Source: an uncultured Bacilli bacterium | Lineage (GTDB): Bacteria; Bacillota_I; Bacilli_A; RF39; UBA660 | Assembly (NCBI GenBank): GCA_934119965.1 | Contig: CAKOTA010000003.1 | Coordinates: 24,488 to 88,487 of the forward strand | Length of the DNA stretch: 64,000 bases | Direction of reading: 5' to 3' | Part shown: in pieces, positions 32,803-41,373 of the stretch | How positions within the stretch are numbered: position 1 is the stretch's first letter | How the letters are laid out: every line of letters begins with the position of its first letter | The notes under the pieces: model-generated | What the model was told of the DNA's origin: nothing | Database searches by the model: none | What the model saw: only the letters and a program-made list of their open reading frames with translations | Made by a program: the position numbers and the translations under genes

Positions 32803-33519
32803 TTATAAATTAACATTATGGTATACATTTTGGACATCTTCAACATCATCCAACATTGATAATATTCTTTCAAAAATAACTAAATCATCACCTGATATAT
32901 CTATTTTTTCTTTAGCGATATATGTTATTTCATCAATATCAAATTCAACATTTGGTAATTTAGATGATATTGCTTCCTTTATTTGGTATAAATCTTGTGG
33001 ATTACCGTAAACGACAATACTGTTATCATCATTTTCCATATCAATAAAGTCAGCACCATTTTCAATTAATGCTTCCATTGTTTCTTCTTCTGATAATCCC
33101 TTAAATCCTACCACACACAAATGGTCATAATTAAATAGAACACTACCCATAGCGCCCATTTTTATATGACATTTGTTTACTACTGCTCTAAGTTCACTAA
33201 CTGTTCTATTTAAATTATCAGTTAAACATTCAATTACTAATGTTGATCCAGCAGGCCCAAACATTTCATATACAGTTTGTTGATAATTTTCGTCAACACC
33301 ACTATTAACTTTATCAATTGCTCTTTTAATAATGTCACTTGGAACTTGTTCTTTTTTTGCTCTATCTAGTAATCTTTTTAATGTTGCATTACTAGCCGGT
33401 TCCGTTCCTCCATTTTTTGCCGCTTGGTATATTTCTTTAGCATACATAGTATAAATTTTACCCCTTGCAGCACCTGTTTTTTGAATACTCGCTTTTCTTA
33501 CTTCATAAGCTCTTCCCAT
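32803..33519 (-). CDS. yebC: YebC/PmpR-family transcriptional regulator
   Basis: 238 aa with a family-typical N-terminus and length. Confidence 0.85.
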   Translation of the reverse strand: MGRAYEVRKASIQKTGAARGKIYTMYAKEIYQAAKNGGTEPASNATLKRLLDRAKKEQVPSDIIKRAIDKVNSGVDENYQQTVYEMFGPAGSTLVIECLTDNLNRTVSELRAVVNKCHIKMGAMGSVLFNYDHLCVVGFKGLSEEETMEALIENGADFIDMENDDNSIVVYGNPQDLYQIKEAISSKLPNVEFDIDEITYIAKEKIDISGDDLVIFERILSMLDDVEDVQNVYHNVNL

Positions 33520-33607
33520 ACTTTATGCCTCCAATACATTATATTTTACATTATTTTTTTTATTTAGTAAATGTATTTTTACCTTTTTAGAGATATTATT
33601 GTCATAA

Positions 33608-33638
33608 CACCAAAAATGAATAGTATAAACTATTCATT
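33608..33638 (-). terminator. Rho-independent terminator overlapping the prsA stop
   Basis: A 10-bp stem (AATGAATAGT/ACTATTCATT) followed by TTTTGG on the minus strand. Confidence 0.6.
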
Positions 33639-34820
33639 TATTGATTTTTCATAACTTGATTTAATTTTAGTATCTTTGATATCTAGTTTATAATCTTTTC
33701 TTATTTTAACCCAAGTACTATTATATAAATTAGAATCATTGTTTAATTTTTCATTTATAAGAGCATCAACTATATCTTTTTTAGAATCAGCTAATGATTT
33801 TTTAGCAGTTTCACTAACTTTTAAAATTACATGATATCCAAAACTAGATTTAACTGGTTCACTAGTATATTCACCATCTTTAAGTGCTACTGAAGCTTTA
33901 AAGAATTCATCATCAACATCACCTTTAGTAAAGTTTTCAACTAAACCTTCAGATTCTTTTGATCCTTCATCTTCAGAGTAATCATTAACTAATGTTTTCC
34001 AATCTTCACCAGCAGCATATTTAGTAATTACTTCTTGTGCTTTAGCTTTAGCAGCTTCTTCAGCAGCAGTTTTTTCTTCATCTGTCATTTCATCTGTTGT
34101 TGCAGGTTTTACTAAAATATGTTTAACTGTATATGTACCATAAATATTTTCATCATAATATTTTTTAATTTCATCGTCAGTTAATTGTTTTTCTAAATAA
34201 TTAGTAACTACTTTTTGTTGTTTTACGGATACTAAATATTCATTAACTAATGCATCTTCGTTAGCATATCCATATTGTTTTAAAACATCATCCCAAGTGT
34301 ATCCAGCAGATTCATATTGAGATTTAATTGAATCAATATATTTTTTAGCTTCAGTTTTAGCATCTGCTTTATCATCATCTGATAATTCTTTATCACTAAT
34401 ATATTCATCAATTAATGTAACTAAAGCATCTTTACCATATTTATCTTTTAAAGTATCAAATAATTGTTCAGCAGTATATTCTTTGTCTTTAATACTTGCT
34501 ATTACTTCGTTACCATTTGATAATTTAACTTTATGTCCTAAAACAATTAGAACAATGTTAATAACTAGTAAAATGCAAATTAAACCTAATAATAAGTTTT
34601 TAGAATTATCTTTAACAAAGTTAGAAGATTTAACTTCTTTTTTTACTTCAATTTTCTTTTCTACTGGTTTAACTTCTTTTTCTACTGGTTTAGTTATTTC
34701 TTCTTTTACAGTTTTTACTTCTTTTACTGGTGCTTTTTTAGTAGCACTTTTAGCTACAGTTTTTTTAGTTGTACTTTTTGTACTTGTGCTCTTTTTTGTT
34801 GTTTTTTTACTTTCAGCCAT
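33630..34820 (-). CDS. prsA: PrsA-like parvulin-type peptidyl-prolyl isomerase (foldase), membrane anchored
   Basis: It has a Lys-rich N-terminus, one TM segment and a PpiC domain (YTVKHILV...SSFGYHVILK). The start was set at ATG 34820 after GAGGAGG. Confidence 0.75.
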   Translation of the reverse strand: MAESKKTTKKSTSTKSTTKKTVAKSATKKAPVKEVKTVKEEITKPVEKEVKPVEKKIEVKKEVKSSNFVKDNSKNLLLGLICILLVINIVLIVLGHKVKLSNGNEVIASIKDKEYTAEQLFDTLKDKYGKDALVTLIDEYISDKELSDDDKADAKTEAKKYIDSIKSQYESAGYTWDDVLKQYGYANEDALVNEYLVSVKQQKVVTNYLEKQLTDDEIKKYYDENIYGTYTVKHILVKPATTDEMTDEEKTAAEEAAKAKAQEVITKYAAGEDWKTLVNDYSEDEGSKESEGLVENFTKGDVDDEFFKASVALKDGEYTSEPVKSSFGYHVILKVSETAKKSLADSKKDIVDALINEKLNNDSNLYNSTWVKIRKDYKLDIKDTKIKSSYEKSINE

Positions 34821-34952
34821 TTTCCTATCCTCCTCGTACATATACATTTTATCAAAATAATAAAAAAAAAACAATAAATTTAGTCAGAAATAATCACAAA
34901 TATAGTATTTTTCCATAGAATAATGTGAAAAGATAAAAAGGAGGAATGCTTT

Positions 34953-35036
34953 ATGTGTAATACAGGTGTATCTGGAGCTGCAATCGTTTTAGTATTATTT
35001 ATTCTTTTAATTATTATACTAGGGGCTTATATTTAA
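34953..35036 (+). CDS. YjcZ-like tiny transmembrane (sporulation-type) peptide, 27 aa
   Basis: The sequence is MCNTGVSGAAIVLVLFILLIIILGAYI, with AAAGGAGG upstream. It is not in the ORF track because it is too short. Confidence 0.65.
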   Translation: MCNTGVSGAAIVLVLFILLIIILGAYI

Positions 35037-35056
35037 GTCTTTAGGAGGTGAAAAAT

Positions 35057-35173
35057 ATGTCATGCTCTAAATCTTGCAGTGAAAATACAAACAAACCAAC
35101 TTGCGGAAATAACTATGTTTGTATATTAGTTTTATATATATTATTAGCTATTATAGTTGGTTCATTTATTTAA
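35057..35173 (+). CDS. YjcZ-like tiny transmembrane peptide, 38 aa
   Basis: The sequence is MSCSKSCSENTNKPTCGNNYVCILVLYILLAIIVGSFI, with AGGAGG upstream. It is followed by a hairpin (AAGGGA/TCCCTT) and a T-run. Confidence 0.65.
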   Translation: MSCSKSCSENTNKPTCGNNYVCILVLYILLAIIVGSFI

Positions 35174-35189
35174 GGGATTTATCCCTTTT

Positions 35190-35939
35190 TTATTTTACAA
35201 TTTCCTTTATACTATCGTAATTATATCCTTTACTATAAAGTTTATTTTTTAATTGATATTTTAATTCTTCATTTTTATATTTTTTTGATAATTTTTTTAA
35301 TAATATTTCATAATCTTTTTTAATATTATTTGCTTCATCTATCTTATAATTATCTAGTTCATTTATTATTTCTTCTTTATCATATCCTGATTCTATTAAT
35401 TCATTTATCATTTTTTGTTTAAACATATATATTGATTTATTATTACTTTTAATTTTTTTTGATATAATTTTATTTATTCTCTCAGGATAGATATTTTCAT
35501 ATTTTTCTAGTTCTTCATTTATTTTAGCTAATTCAATATTATGATCTAATAATTCTTTTCTTATTTTATTTGGACCAGTTAAAGTTAAACACATCTTATC
35601 ACTTATGTAAGCTTTTAAATATAAATCATCATTTATCAAATTAATACTTTTGAGTTTCTTTATTATTTTTTCTTTTTCTAAACATTCGAGTTTATCAAGG
35701 TATTTATTTATTTCAACTTCACTTCTCATTTTAGTAGAAATATATTTTAATGTTTTATTATAAATATCATAATAATTATTTTCTAAATTTAGTTTGTTAT
35801 ACAAATCAGAATCAATATTTTTTTTAAATAATAAACCATTATCTAATATTACATCTTCGTATAATTGTAATTTTGTATGATCATCTAATTCTATTAAATA
35901 TTTACCCGATTTTTGTTTTTTAATTTTTTCTATATTCAT
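35190..35939 (-). CDS. recX: RecX-like regulatory protein
   Basis: A 249-aa helical-repeat protein with a RecX-like N-terminus. The start was set at ATG 35939 after GGTGAT. Confidence 0.6.
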   Translation of the reverse strand: MNIEKIKKQKSGKYLIELDDHTKLQLYEDVILDNGLLFKKNIDSDLYNKLNLENNYYDIYNKTLKYISTKMRSEVEINKYLDKLECLEKEKIIKKLKSINLINDDLYLKAYISDKMCLTLTGPNKIRKELLDHNIELAKINEELEKYENIYPERINKIISKKIKSNNKSIYMFKQKMINELIESGYDKEEIINELDNYKIDEANNIKKDYEILLKKLSKKYKNEELKYQLKNKLYSKGYNYDSIKEIVK

Positions 35940-35954
35940 TATATCACCATTCAC

Positions 35955-35983
35955 ATTATATCAAACATTTGTTTGTTTATCAA
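35955..35983 (-). promoter_or_regulatory. recX promoter (TTGATA-17-TATAAT) with a LexA-type palindrome in the spacer
   Basis: The + strand reads CAAACATTTGTTTG at 35962-35975. It resembles the dinB box (CGAACATTTGTTTA). Confidence 0.5.
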
Positions 35984-35999
35984 GTCCTAAAAAAACAGA

Positions 36000-36332
36000 T
36001 TACTCTGCTTTTTTAGGGCTTGATAAATAAGTCACTTTTTCAGCTACTACTTCTACTACTTGTCTTCTTGTTTCTTCATCTAGTTCAATATTTCGTGATT
36101 GAATTCTTCCTTTTACACCTAATAAATCACCTTTATGGCAATATTCGGCTGCATTTTCAGCAATACCCTTCCATAAAACACAAGTTATAAAGTCAGTATC
36201 ATATTCACCATCAACATTTTTATAACTGCGGGGAACTGCTAAAGTAATATTAGTAACTTTATTACCATTTTCAGTTGTATAAAGTTCAGGATCTCTCACT
36301 AATCTACCTACTATCACAGTTTGATTAAGCAT
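36000..36332 (-). CDS. ssb: Single-stranded DNA-binding protein, short form without an acidic C-terminal tip (SsbB-like)
   Basis: It has an OB fold (VIVGRLVRDPEL...FITCVLWKGIAEN) and ends ...SSPKKAE. The start was set at ATG 36332 after AGGAGG. Confidence 0.8.
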   Translation of the reverse strand: MLNQTVIVGRLVRDPELYTTENGNKVTNITLAVPRSYKNVDGEYDTDFITCVLWKGIAENAAEYCHKGDLLGVKGRIQSRNIELDEETRRQVVEVVAEKVTYLSSPKKAE

Positions 36333-36477
36333 AATTTCCTCCTTTCTGTAATCAATATACATAATAAAAAAAAGGATTTCAAATGACTAAAAATCCTTTT
36401 TCACTAACCAATTTTTTTAATTGTCTAACCAATTTTACAATTTGAATGCAATATTTGTATAAAACAAACAAAATTCA

Positions 36478-37779
36478 CTAAAAATAATTTTTTAGTAAAT
36501 TATTTAATTCTACTGCATATTCCATTGGAAGTTCTTCTCTAAATCTATCAATAAATCCCATTATAATTAATTCTTTAGCTTTTTCTTCGCTAATTCCCCT
36601 ACTCATTAAATAGAATAATTTATCTTTTGATATTTTAGAAACAGTTGCTTCATGATTGATATTAGATGATTCATTATTTACGATATTAGTTGGAATTGTA
36701 TCAGATTTAGATATATCATCTAATATAATGGTATCACATTTAACTATAGCACTAGAGTTAGTAGCATTCTTACTTATTTTAACTAATCCCCTATATGTTG
36801 CATTTCCACCATTAGCCGCTACCGATTTACTAATAATATTACTTTCAGTATAAGGCGCTAAATGGATCATTTTAGCTCCTGCATCTTGTATTTGATCTTT
36901 GGTAGCAATTGCAATTGATATACAATTTCCTTTTGCTTTTTTACCATTTAAAATACAGCAAGGATATTTCATATTAGTTTTAGATCCAATATTACCATCT
37001 ATCCATTCCATTAAACCATTCTCTTCAACAATTGCTCTCTTAGTAACTAAATTATAAACATCTGTTGACCAATTTTGAATAGTCGTATAACGACATTTAG
37101 CATTTTTCTCAACATAAATTTCAACAACCGCAGCGTGTAAAGAATCTGAAGTATATGTAGGGGCTGTACAACCTTCCATATAGTGTAAACTAGAGTTTTC
37201 ACCAACAACTATAATTGTTCTTTCAAATTGTCCCATATTTTTACTATTAATTCTAAAGTAACTTTGTAATGGTCTATCAATAACAGTATTAGGCGGAATA
37301 TAAATAAATGTTCCTCCGCTCCATACTGCTCCATTTAAAGCAGTGTATTTATTTTCATCATATTTAACTAAATTGTTAAAATATTTTTTAAATATATCAG
37401 GATATTTTTTTAAGGCTGTATCTGTATCACAAAATATTACATTTTTTTCTTCTAGATACTCTAACATATTATGATATACAACTTCACTATCAAATTGAGC
37501 TCCAACACCATCTAAATATTTATGTTCAGCTTCTATTAAACCGATTTTATCGAAAGTTTCTTTTATATCTTTATCAACATCATTCCAATTATCTTTTAAA
37601 TCAGATATTTTTTTATAATAGTTAATTATATCAAAATCTATATCTAATTTTGGACCAAAATTTGGATTATTTAATTCAATAAATTTTTTATAAGCATTTA
37701 TTCTAAAATTTTTCATCCATAGTGGTTCTTTTTTTATTTTTGATATTTCTTCTACTTTTTCTATATTAATATTTTTCAT
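36478..37779 (-). CDS. sufB: Fe-S cluster assembly protein SufB
   Basis: 433 aa with a SufB/D beta-helix core (...TYRGLVKISKNATNS..VKCDTIILDD). No other suf genes lie adjacent. Confidence 0.75.
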   Translation of the reverse strand: MKNINIEKVEEISKIKKEPLWMKNFRINAYKKFIELNNPNFGPKLDIDFDIINYYKKISDLKDNWNDVDKDIKETFDKIGLIEAEHKYLDGVGAQFDSEVVYHNMLEYLEEKNVIFCDTDTALKKYPDIFKKYFNNLVKYDENKYTALNGAVWSGGTFIYIPPNTVIDRPLQSYFRINSKNMGQFERTIIVVGENSSLHYMEGCTAPTYTSDSLHAAVVEIYVEKNAKCRYTTIQNWSTDVYNLVTKRAIVEENGLMEWIDGNIGSKTNMKYPCCILNGKKAKGNCISIAIATKDQIQDAGAKMIHLAPYTESNIISKSVAANGGNATYRGLVKISKNATNSSAIVKCDTIILDDISKSDTIPTNIVNNESSNINHEATVSKISKDKLFYLMSRGISEEKAKELIIMGFIDRFREELPMEYAVELNNLLKNYF

Positions 37780-37835
37780 ACTAATCACCAATCAATATTA
37801 TATCTTATTTTATTTAAAATAAAAAGCAAAATTTT

Positions 37836-40424
37836 TTATTTTGCTTCATACCAATCATTTCCATATTCAAAATCGACTTTAAGTGGTACTGATATTTTAT
37901 AACAATTTTCCATAATGTTATCAGCTATTTCAATTACTTTATCTAGTTCTTCTTTTAAACAATCAAATACTAATTCATCGTGTACTTGTAAAATCATTTT
38001 TGATTTAATATTTTGTTTTTTAAATTCTTTATCAATTTCCACCATTGCTAACTTAATTAGATCAGCACAAGTTCCTTGAATTGGTGTATTAAGTGCAATT
38101 CTTTCACCACTTGCTTGAATATTTTTATTTTTATTAAACAGTTCTGGTATTGTTCTGATTCTACCCATCAATGTTCTTACATATCCATCAATATATGCTT
38201 TACTAATTGTTGTTTCCATATATTCTTTTATACCTGGATAAGTATTTAAGTAATTTTTGATAAATTGATCAGCTTCAGTAGTTGAAATTTTTAAATTTTC
38301 TGATAAACCATATTTACTGATTCCATAAATAATTCCAAAGTTTACGGCTTTAGCAATTCTTCTATCATTAGATGTTACTTCATCAATACTTTTATTAAAT
38401 ATATCTGATGCTGTTTTAGTATGAATATCAACATTATTTAAAAACGCATCTTTAAGAGAATCTATATTAGCCATATGAGCCATTAATCTAAGTTCAACTT
38501 GAGAATAATCACCACTAACTATTACTGAGTTTGGACTTGGAACAAAAGCTTTTCTAATCATTCTTCCATATTCATTTCTAATTGGAATATTTTGTAAGTT
38601 TGGATCAATTGATGATAATCTACCTGTTCTAGTTAATGTTTGGGTATAAATTGTATGTATTTTGCCATCTTCTAAAATATAGTTTTTTAATCCCTCAATA
38701 TAGGTTGTATATAATTTAGTAACTAATCTATATTCAATTATTTTATCAATAATTGGATGTTCATTTCTTATTTTTTCTAAGATATCTATTGATGTAGAAA
38801 AACCTTTTTTATTTTTTTTACCGTGCATCAAGTTTAATTTTTCAAATAATATTTCTCCTAATTGTTTAGGTGATGCTATATTAAATGTTGTTCCTGCTAA
38901 ATCATATATTTCTTGTTCTAAAACTTCTATTTTTCCTCTAAATTCAACTCCCATTTCATCTAAAGTATCAACATTAACATAAACTCCATTAAATTCCATA
39001 TCTCCTAAAACATAAGAAAGTGGTATTTCAATTTCTTTAAACAAATATGTTAATTCTTTTTTTTCAATATTACTATATAGTAGTTCTTTTGTATCATAAA
39101 TAAATCTAGCTTTTTTACAAGCTTCTTTGGCTGTTATTCTTGAATCACATTCTACATATATTTCTTTTGATTTTAGTTTTTTGTACATTGTATCGTAAAA
39201 TGTAATATCATAGTTTAAAGTATTTGCTAAATAAGAAACATCATCTTTTATATTATATTCAAGTAGATATCCGGCTATTTCAGCATCATAATCAATACTT
39301 CTTAATTCTTTACCTAATTTTTTTAAGATTACATAATGTTTCTTTAAATCATATGTATATTTAATATTTTCATTAATTACTTTTGGATCAAATATTTCAT
39401 ATGGAATAAAAATATTTTCTTTACTATTTGATATTGCTATTCCTAATATTTTAGACATATGATAATTATAACCTAATATTTCAATATATATGCTTGATGG
39501 TTCAGTTATATTAACTTCATCTATATTATCAATTATTTTGTAATTAAATTCTTTTTTTTCAATTTGTTTATTTTGTTTTAGAAATGAATAAAATTCTAAT
39601 TCCTCATACATTTCATTTAATTTATCTATATTTTTTTCTTTTACTTTTATATCATTTAAATTTATTTCCATTGGAACATCTTTAATGATGGTTGCTAAAT
39701 GATATGACATATAAGCATTATCTTTATCAGTTTCTAATTTTTCGCGCATTTTTGGAGTCAATTTATCTAAATTCTCATATACTCCATCTAATGAATCATA
39801 GTCTTGTAATAATTTTAAGGCTGTTTTTTCACCTATTCCTTTTACACCTGGAATATTATCGGAAGAGTCTCCCATTAAAGCTTTTAAATCAATTACTTTT
39901 ATTGGATCAATTCCATATTCATTTCTAAATGTTTGTTTATTATATCTTATATAGTCTTTTTGTTTTAATAATTTTATTTCTACTTCATCAGATATTAATT
40001 GTAATAAATCTTTATCACTACTTACGATTAATCCTTCATATTCAGGATCCATTTCGCAATATTTTGAAAATGTTCCTATGATATCATCAGCTTCATAATT
40101 ATCTATTTCATAATATTTAATTCCCATATTAGTTAATAATTCTTTTGCAACTGGAAATTGAACTTTTAATTCTTCAGGTGTTTCATCTCTTCCACCTTTA
40201 TATTCCTTATATTCATTATGTCTAAATGTTTTACCTTTATCAAAAGCTACTATCATATGTGTTGGATTTTCTTCATTTATTATTTTATTAATCATATTTA
40301 AAAATCCATATAAACCATTTGTTGGAAATCCTTTGCTATTTTTCATAAAATTTCCATTGTATGCTGTTGCATAATAACTTCTGAATAATAAGTTATTACC
40401 ATCTACCATTATTATTTTTTCCAT
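37836..40424 (-). CDS. polA: DNA polymerase I
   Basis: 862 aa with a 5' nuclease domain and Klenow-type motifs (DYSQVELRLMAH, QVHDELVF). Confidence 0.95.
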   Translation of the reverse strand: MEKIIMVDGNNLLFRSYYATAYNGNFMKNSKGFPTNGLYGFLNMINKIINEENPTHMIVAFDKGKTFRHNEYKEYKGGRDETPEELKVQFPVAKELLTNMGIKYYEIDNYEADDIIGTFSKYCEMDPEYEGLIVSSDKDLLQLISDEVEIKLLKQKDYIRYNKQTFRNEYGIDPIKVIDLKALMGDSSDNIPGVKGIGEKTALKLLQDYDSLDGVYENLDKLTPKMREKLETDKDNAYMSYHLATIIKDVPMEINLNDIKVKEKNIDKLNEMYEELEFYSFLKQNKQIEKKEFNYKIIDNIDEVNITEPSSIYIEILGYNYHMSKILGIAISNSKENIFIPYEIFDPKVINENIKYTYDLKKHYVILKKLGKELRSIDYDAEIAGYLLEYNIKDDVSYLANTLNYDITFYDTMYKKLKSKEIYVECDSRITAKEACKKARFIYDTKELLYSNIEKKELTYLFKEIEIPLSYVLGDMEFNGVYVNVDTLDEMGVEFRGKIEVLEQEIYDLAGTTFNIASPKQLGEILFEKLNLMHGKKNKKGFSTSIDILEKIRNEHPIIDKIIEYRLVTKLYTTYIEGLKNYILEDGKIHTIYTQTLTRTGRLSSIDPNLQNIPIRNEYGRMIRKAFVPSPNSVIVSGDYSQVELRLMAHMANIDSLKDAFLNNVDIHTKTASDIFNKSIDEVTSNDRRIAKAVNFGIIYGISKYGLSENLKISTTEADQFIKNYLNTYPGIKEYMETTISKAYIDGYVRTLMGRIRTIPELFNKNKNIQASGERIALNTPIQGTCADLIKLAMVEIDKEFKKQNIKSKMILQVHDELVFDCLKEELDKVIEIADNIMENCYKISVPLKVDFEYGNDWYEAK

Positions 40425-40523
40425 AATATCAACTCTCTTTTGTTTTATTATAACATATTTTAAAGTATTTTATTTAATAATTTATAATTCATTTAAATTA
40501 TAACAAAAATATTATAATATATA

Positions 40524-40551
40524 TTGATACACGAATATATGTTGCTATAAT
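40524..40551 (+). promoter_or_regulatory. Promoter of small-peptide gene, copy A (TTGATA-16-TGcTATAAT, extended -10)
   Basis: Read directly from the sequence. Copy B has the same elements at about 40957-40985 with 17-nt spacing. Confidence 0.6.
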
Positions 40552-40614
40552 ACTTATAGGAACATTTAATAGTTGGGTGATTTGCCAATCTTCTAACGAA
40601 GGGAGACTGGTAGC

Positions 40615-40698
40615 ATGAATAAGAAAGATTTTTTAATCTTATCCTTAATCATTATTATCATTCTATTAGTATTTTTACTATTTATAGTTTTAATATAA
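40615..40698 (+). CDS. 27-aa hydrophobic peptide, candidate type I toxin (copy A)
   Basis: The sequence is MNKKDFLILSLIIIIILLVFLLFIVLI, with GAAGGGAG upstream. Confidence 0.55.
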   Translation: MNKKDFLILSLIIIIILLVFLLFIVLI

Positions 40699-40702
40699 TA
40701 AG

Positions 40703-40810
40703 AAAAAATCACCTAACTCAGCAATGATTTAGGTGAAACCAAATTTATGAGGCAACACTCAATATGCGATATTGAATGTTCCTTTTTTATTTTATGTAAT
40801 GTCGCTTGAC
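40703..40810 (-). ncRNA. Predicted convergent antisense RNA (candidate antitoxin, copy A)
   Basis: A minus-strand promoter (TTGTAA-17-TATTAT) lies at 40817-40845. A hairpin (TCACCTAA/TTAGGTGA, 40709-40736) is followed by TTTTTT on the minus strand. The RNA would overlap the sense 3' UTR. Confidence 0.4.
40751..40788 (+). terminator. Rho-independent terminator of the peptide mRNA (copy A)
   Basis: GGCAACACTCAATAT-GCG-ATATTGAATGTTCC followed by TTTTTT. Confidence 0.6.
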
Positions 40811-41047
40811 ATATTCATAATATCATATTAATTAATTTTTTACAAGTTCTTCTTATGTGGATTTTTTTAATTTCACATAATTTTCTTTATATTTTAAGTA
40901 TTTTATTTAATAATTTATAATCCATTTAAATTATAACAAAAATATTATAATATATATTGATGCACGAATATATGTTTGCTATAATATTTATAGGAACATT
41001 TAATAGTTGGGTGATTTGCCAATCTTCTAACGAAGGGAGGCGATAGT

Positions 41048-41131
41048 ATGAATAAGAAAGATTTTTTAATCTTATCCTTAATCATTATTATCATTCTATT
41101 AGTATTTTTACTATTTATAGTTTTAATATAA
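41048..41131 (+). CDS. 27-aa hydrophobic peptide, candidate type I toxin (copy B, identical peptide)
   Basis: Same ORF as copy A, with GAAGGGAGG upstream. Confidence 0.55.
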   Translation: MNKKDFLILSLIIIIILLVFLLFIVLI

Positions 41132-41242
41132 TAATAAATCACCTAACCCAGCAATGATTTAGGTGACTGTCTAACTAACAAGGCAACACTCAACACGCTA
41201 ACATTAAATGTTCCTTTTTTATTTTATGTAATGTCGTTTGAC
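41131..41242 (-). ncRNA. Predicted convergent antisense RNA (copy B)
   Basis: The TTGTAA-17-TATTAT promoter is conserved at 41249-41277 and the hairpin at 41139-41166. The T-run is weaker than in copy A. Confidence 0.3.
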
Positions 41243-41373
41243 ATATTCATAATACCATATTAATCAATTTTTTACAAGTTCTTCTTATGTGGTTTTTTTA
41301 ATTTCGCATAATTTTCTTTATATTTTAAGTATTTTATTGTTTAATTTTTAAATAATAATAAAGGTGATTATTT

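Larger units (their letters stand above)
40456..41338. repeat. Tandem direct repeat, two units of about 431-434 bp plus about 18 bp of a third
   Basis: The unit boundary motif TATTTTAAGTATTTTATT recurs at about 40456, 40890 and 41321. The units align almost base for base, including promoter, small ORF and hairpins. Confidence 0.9.

Noticed and set aside
40806-40885. A plus-strand TTGACA hexamer followed by hairpin TTATGTG/CACATAA and a T-rich tail, as a possible third small RNA in each repeat unit.
   Set aside because: No acceptable -10 hexamer lies at 16-18 nt spacing. The best are TATTAA at 14 nt and TAATTA at 17 nt. The hairpin is short with a 14-nt loop.
40945-41142. Minus-strand 65-aa ORF in the tandem repeat.
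   Set aside because: It is antisense to the 27-aa peptide gene and its leader, has no SD, and has no equivalent in repeat copy A. The region is better explained by the sense peptide plus an antisense RNA.
40456-41338. CRISPR array or IS element as an explanation for the repeat.
   Set aside because: There are only two long (~431 bp) direct units with no short repeat/spacer periodicity, no terminal inverted repeats, and no transposase or cas genes.
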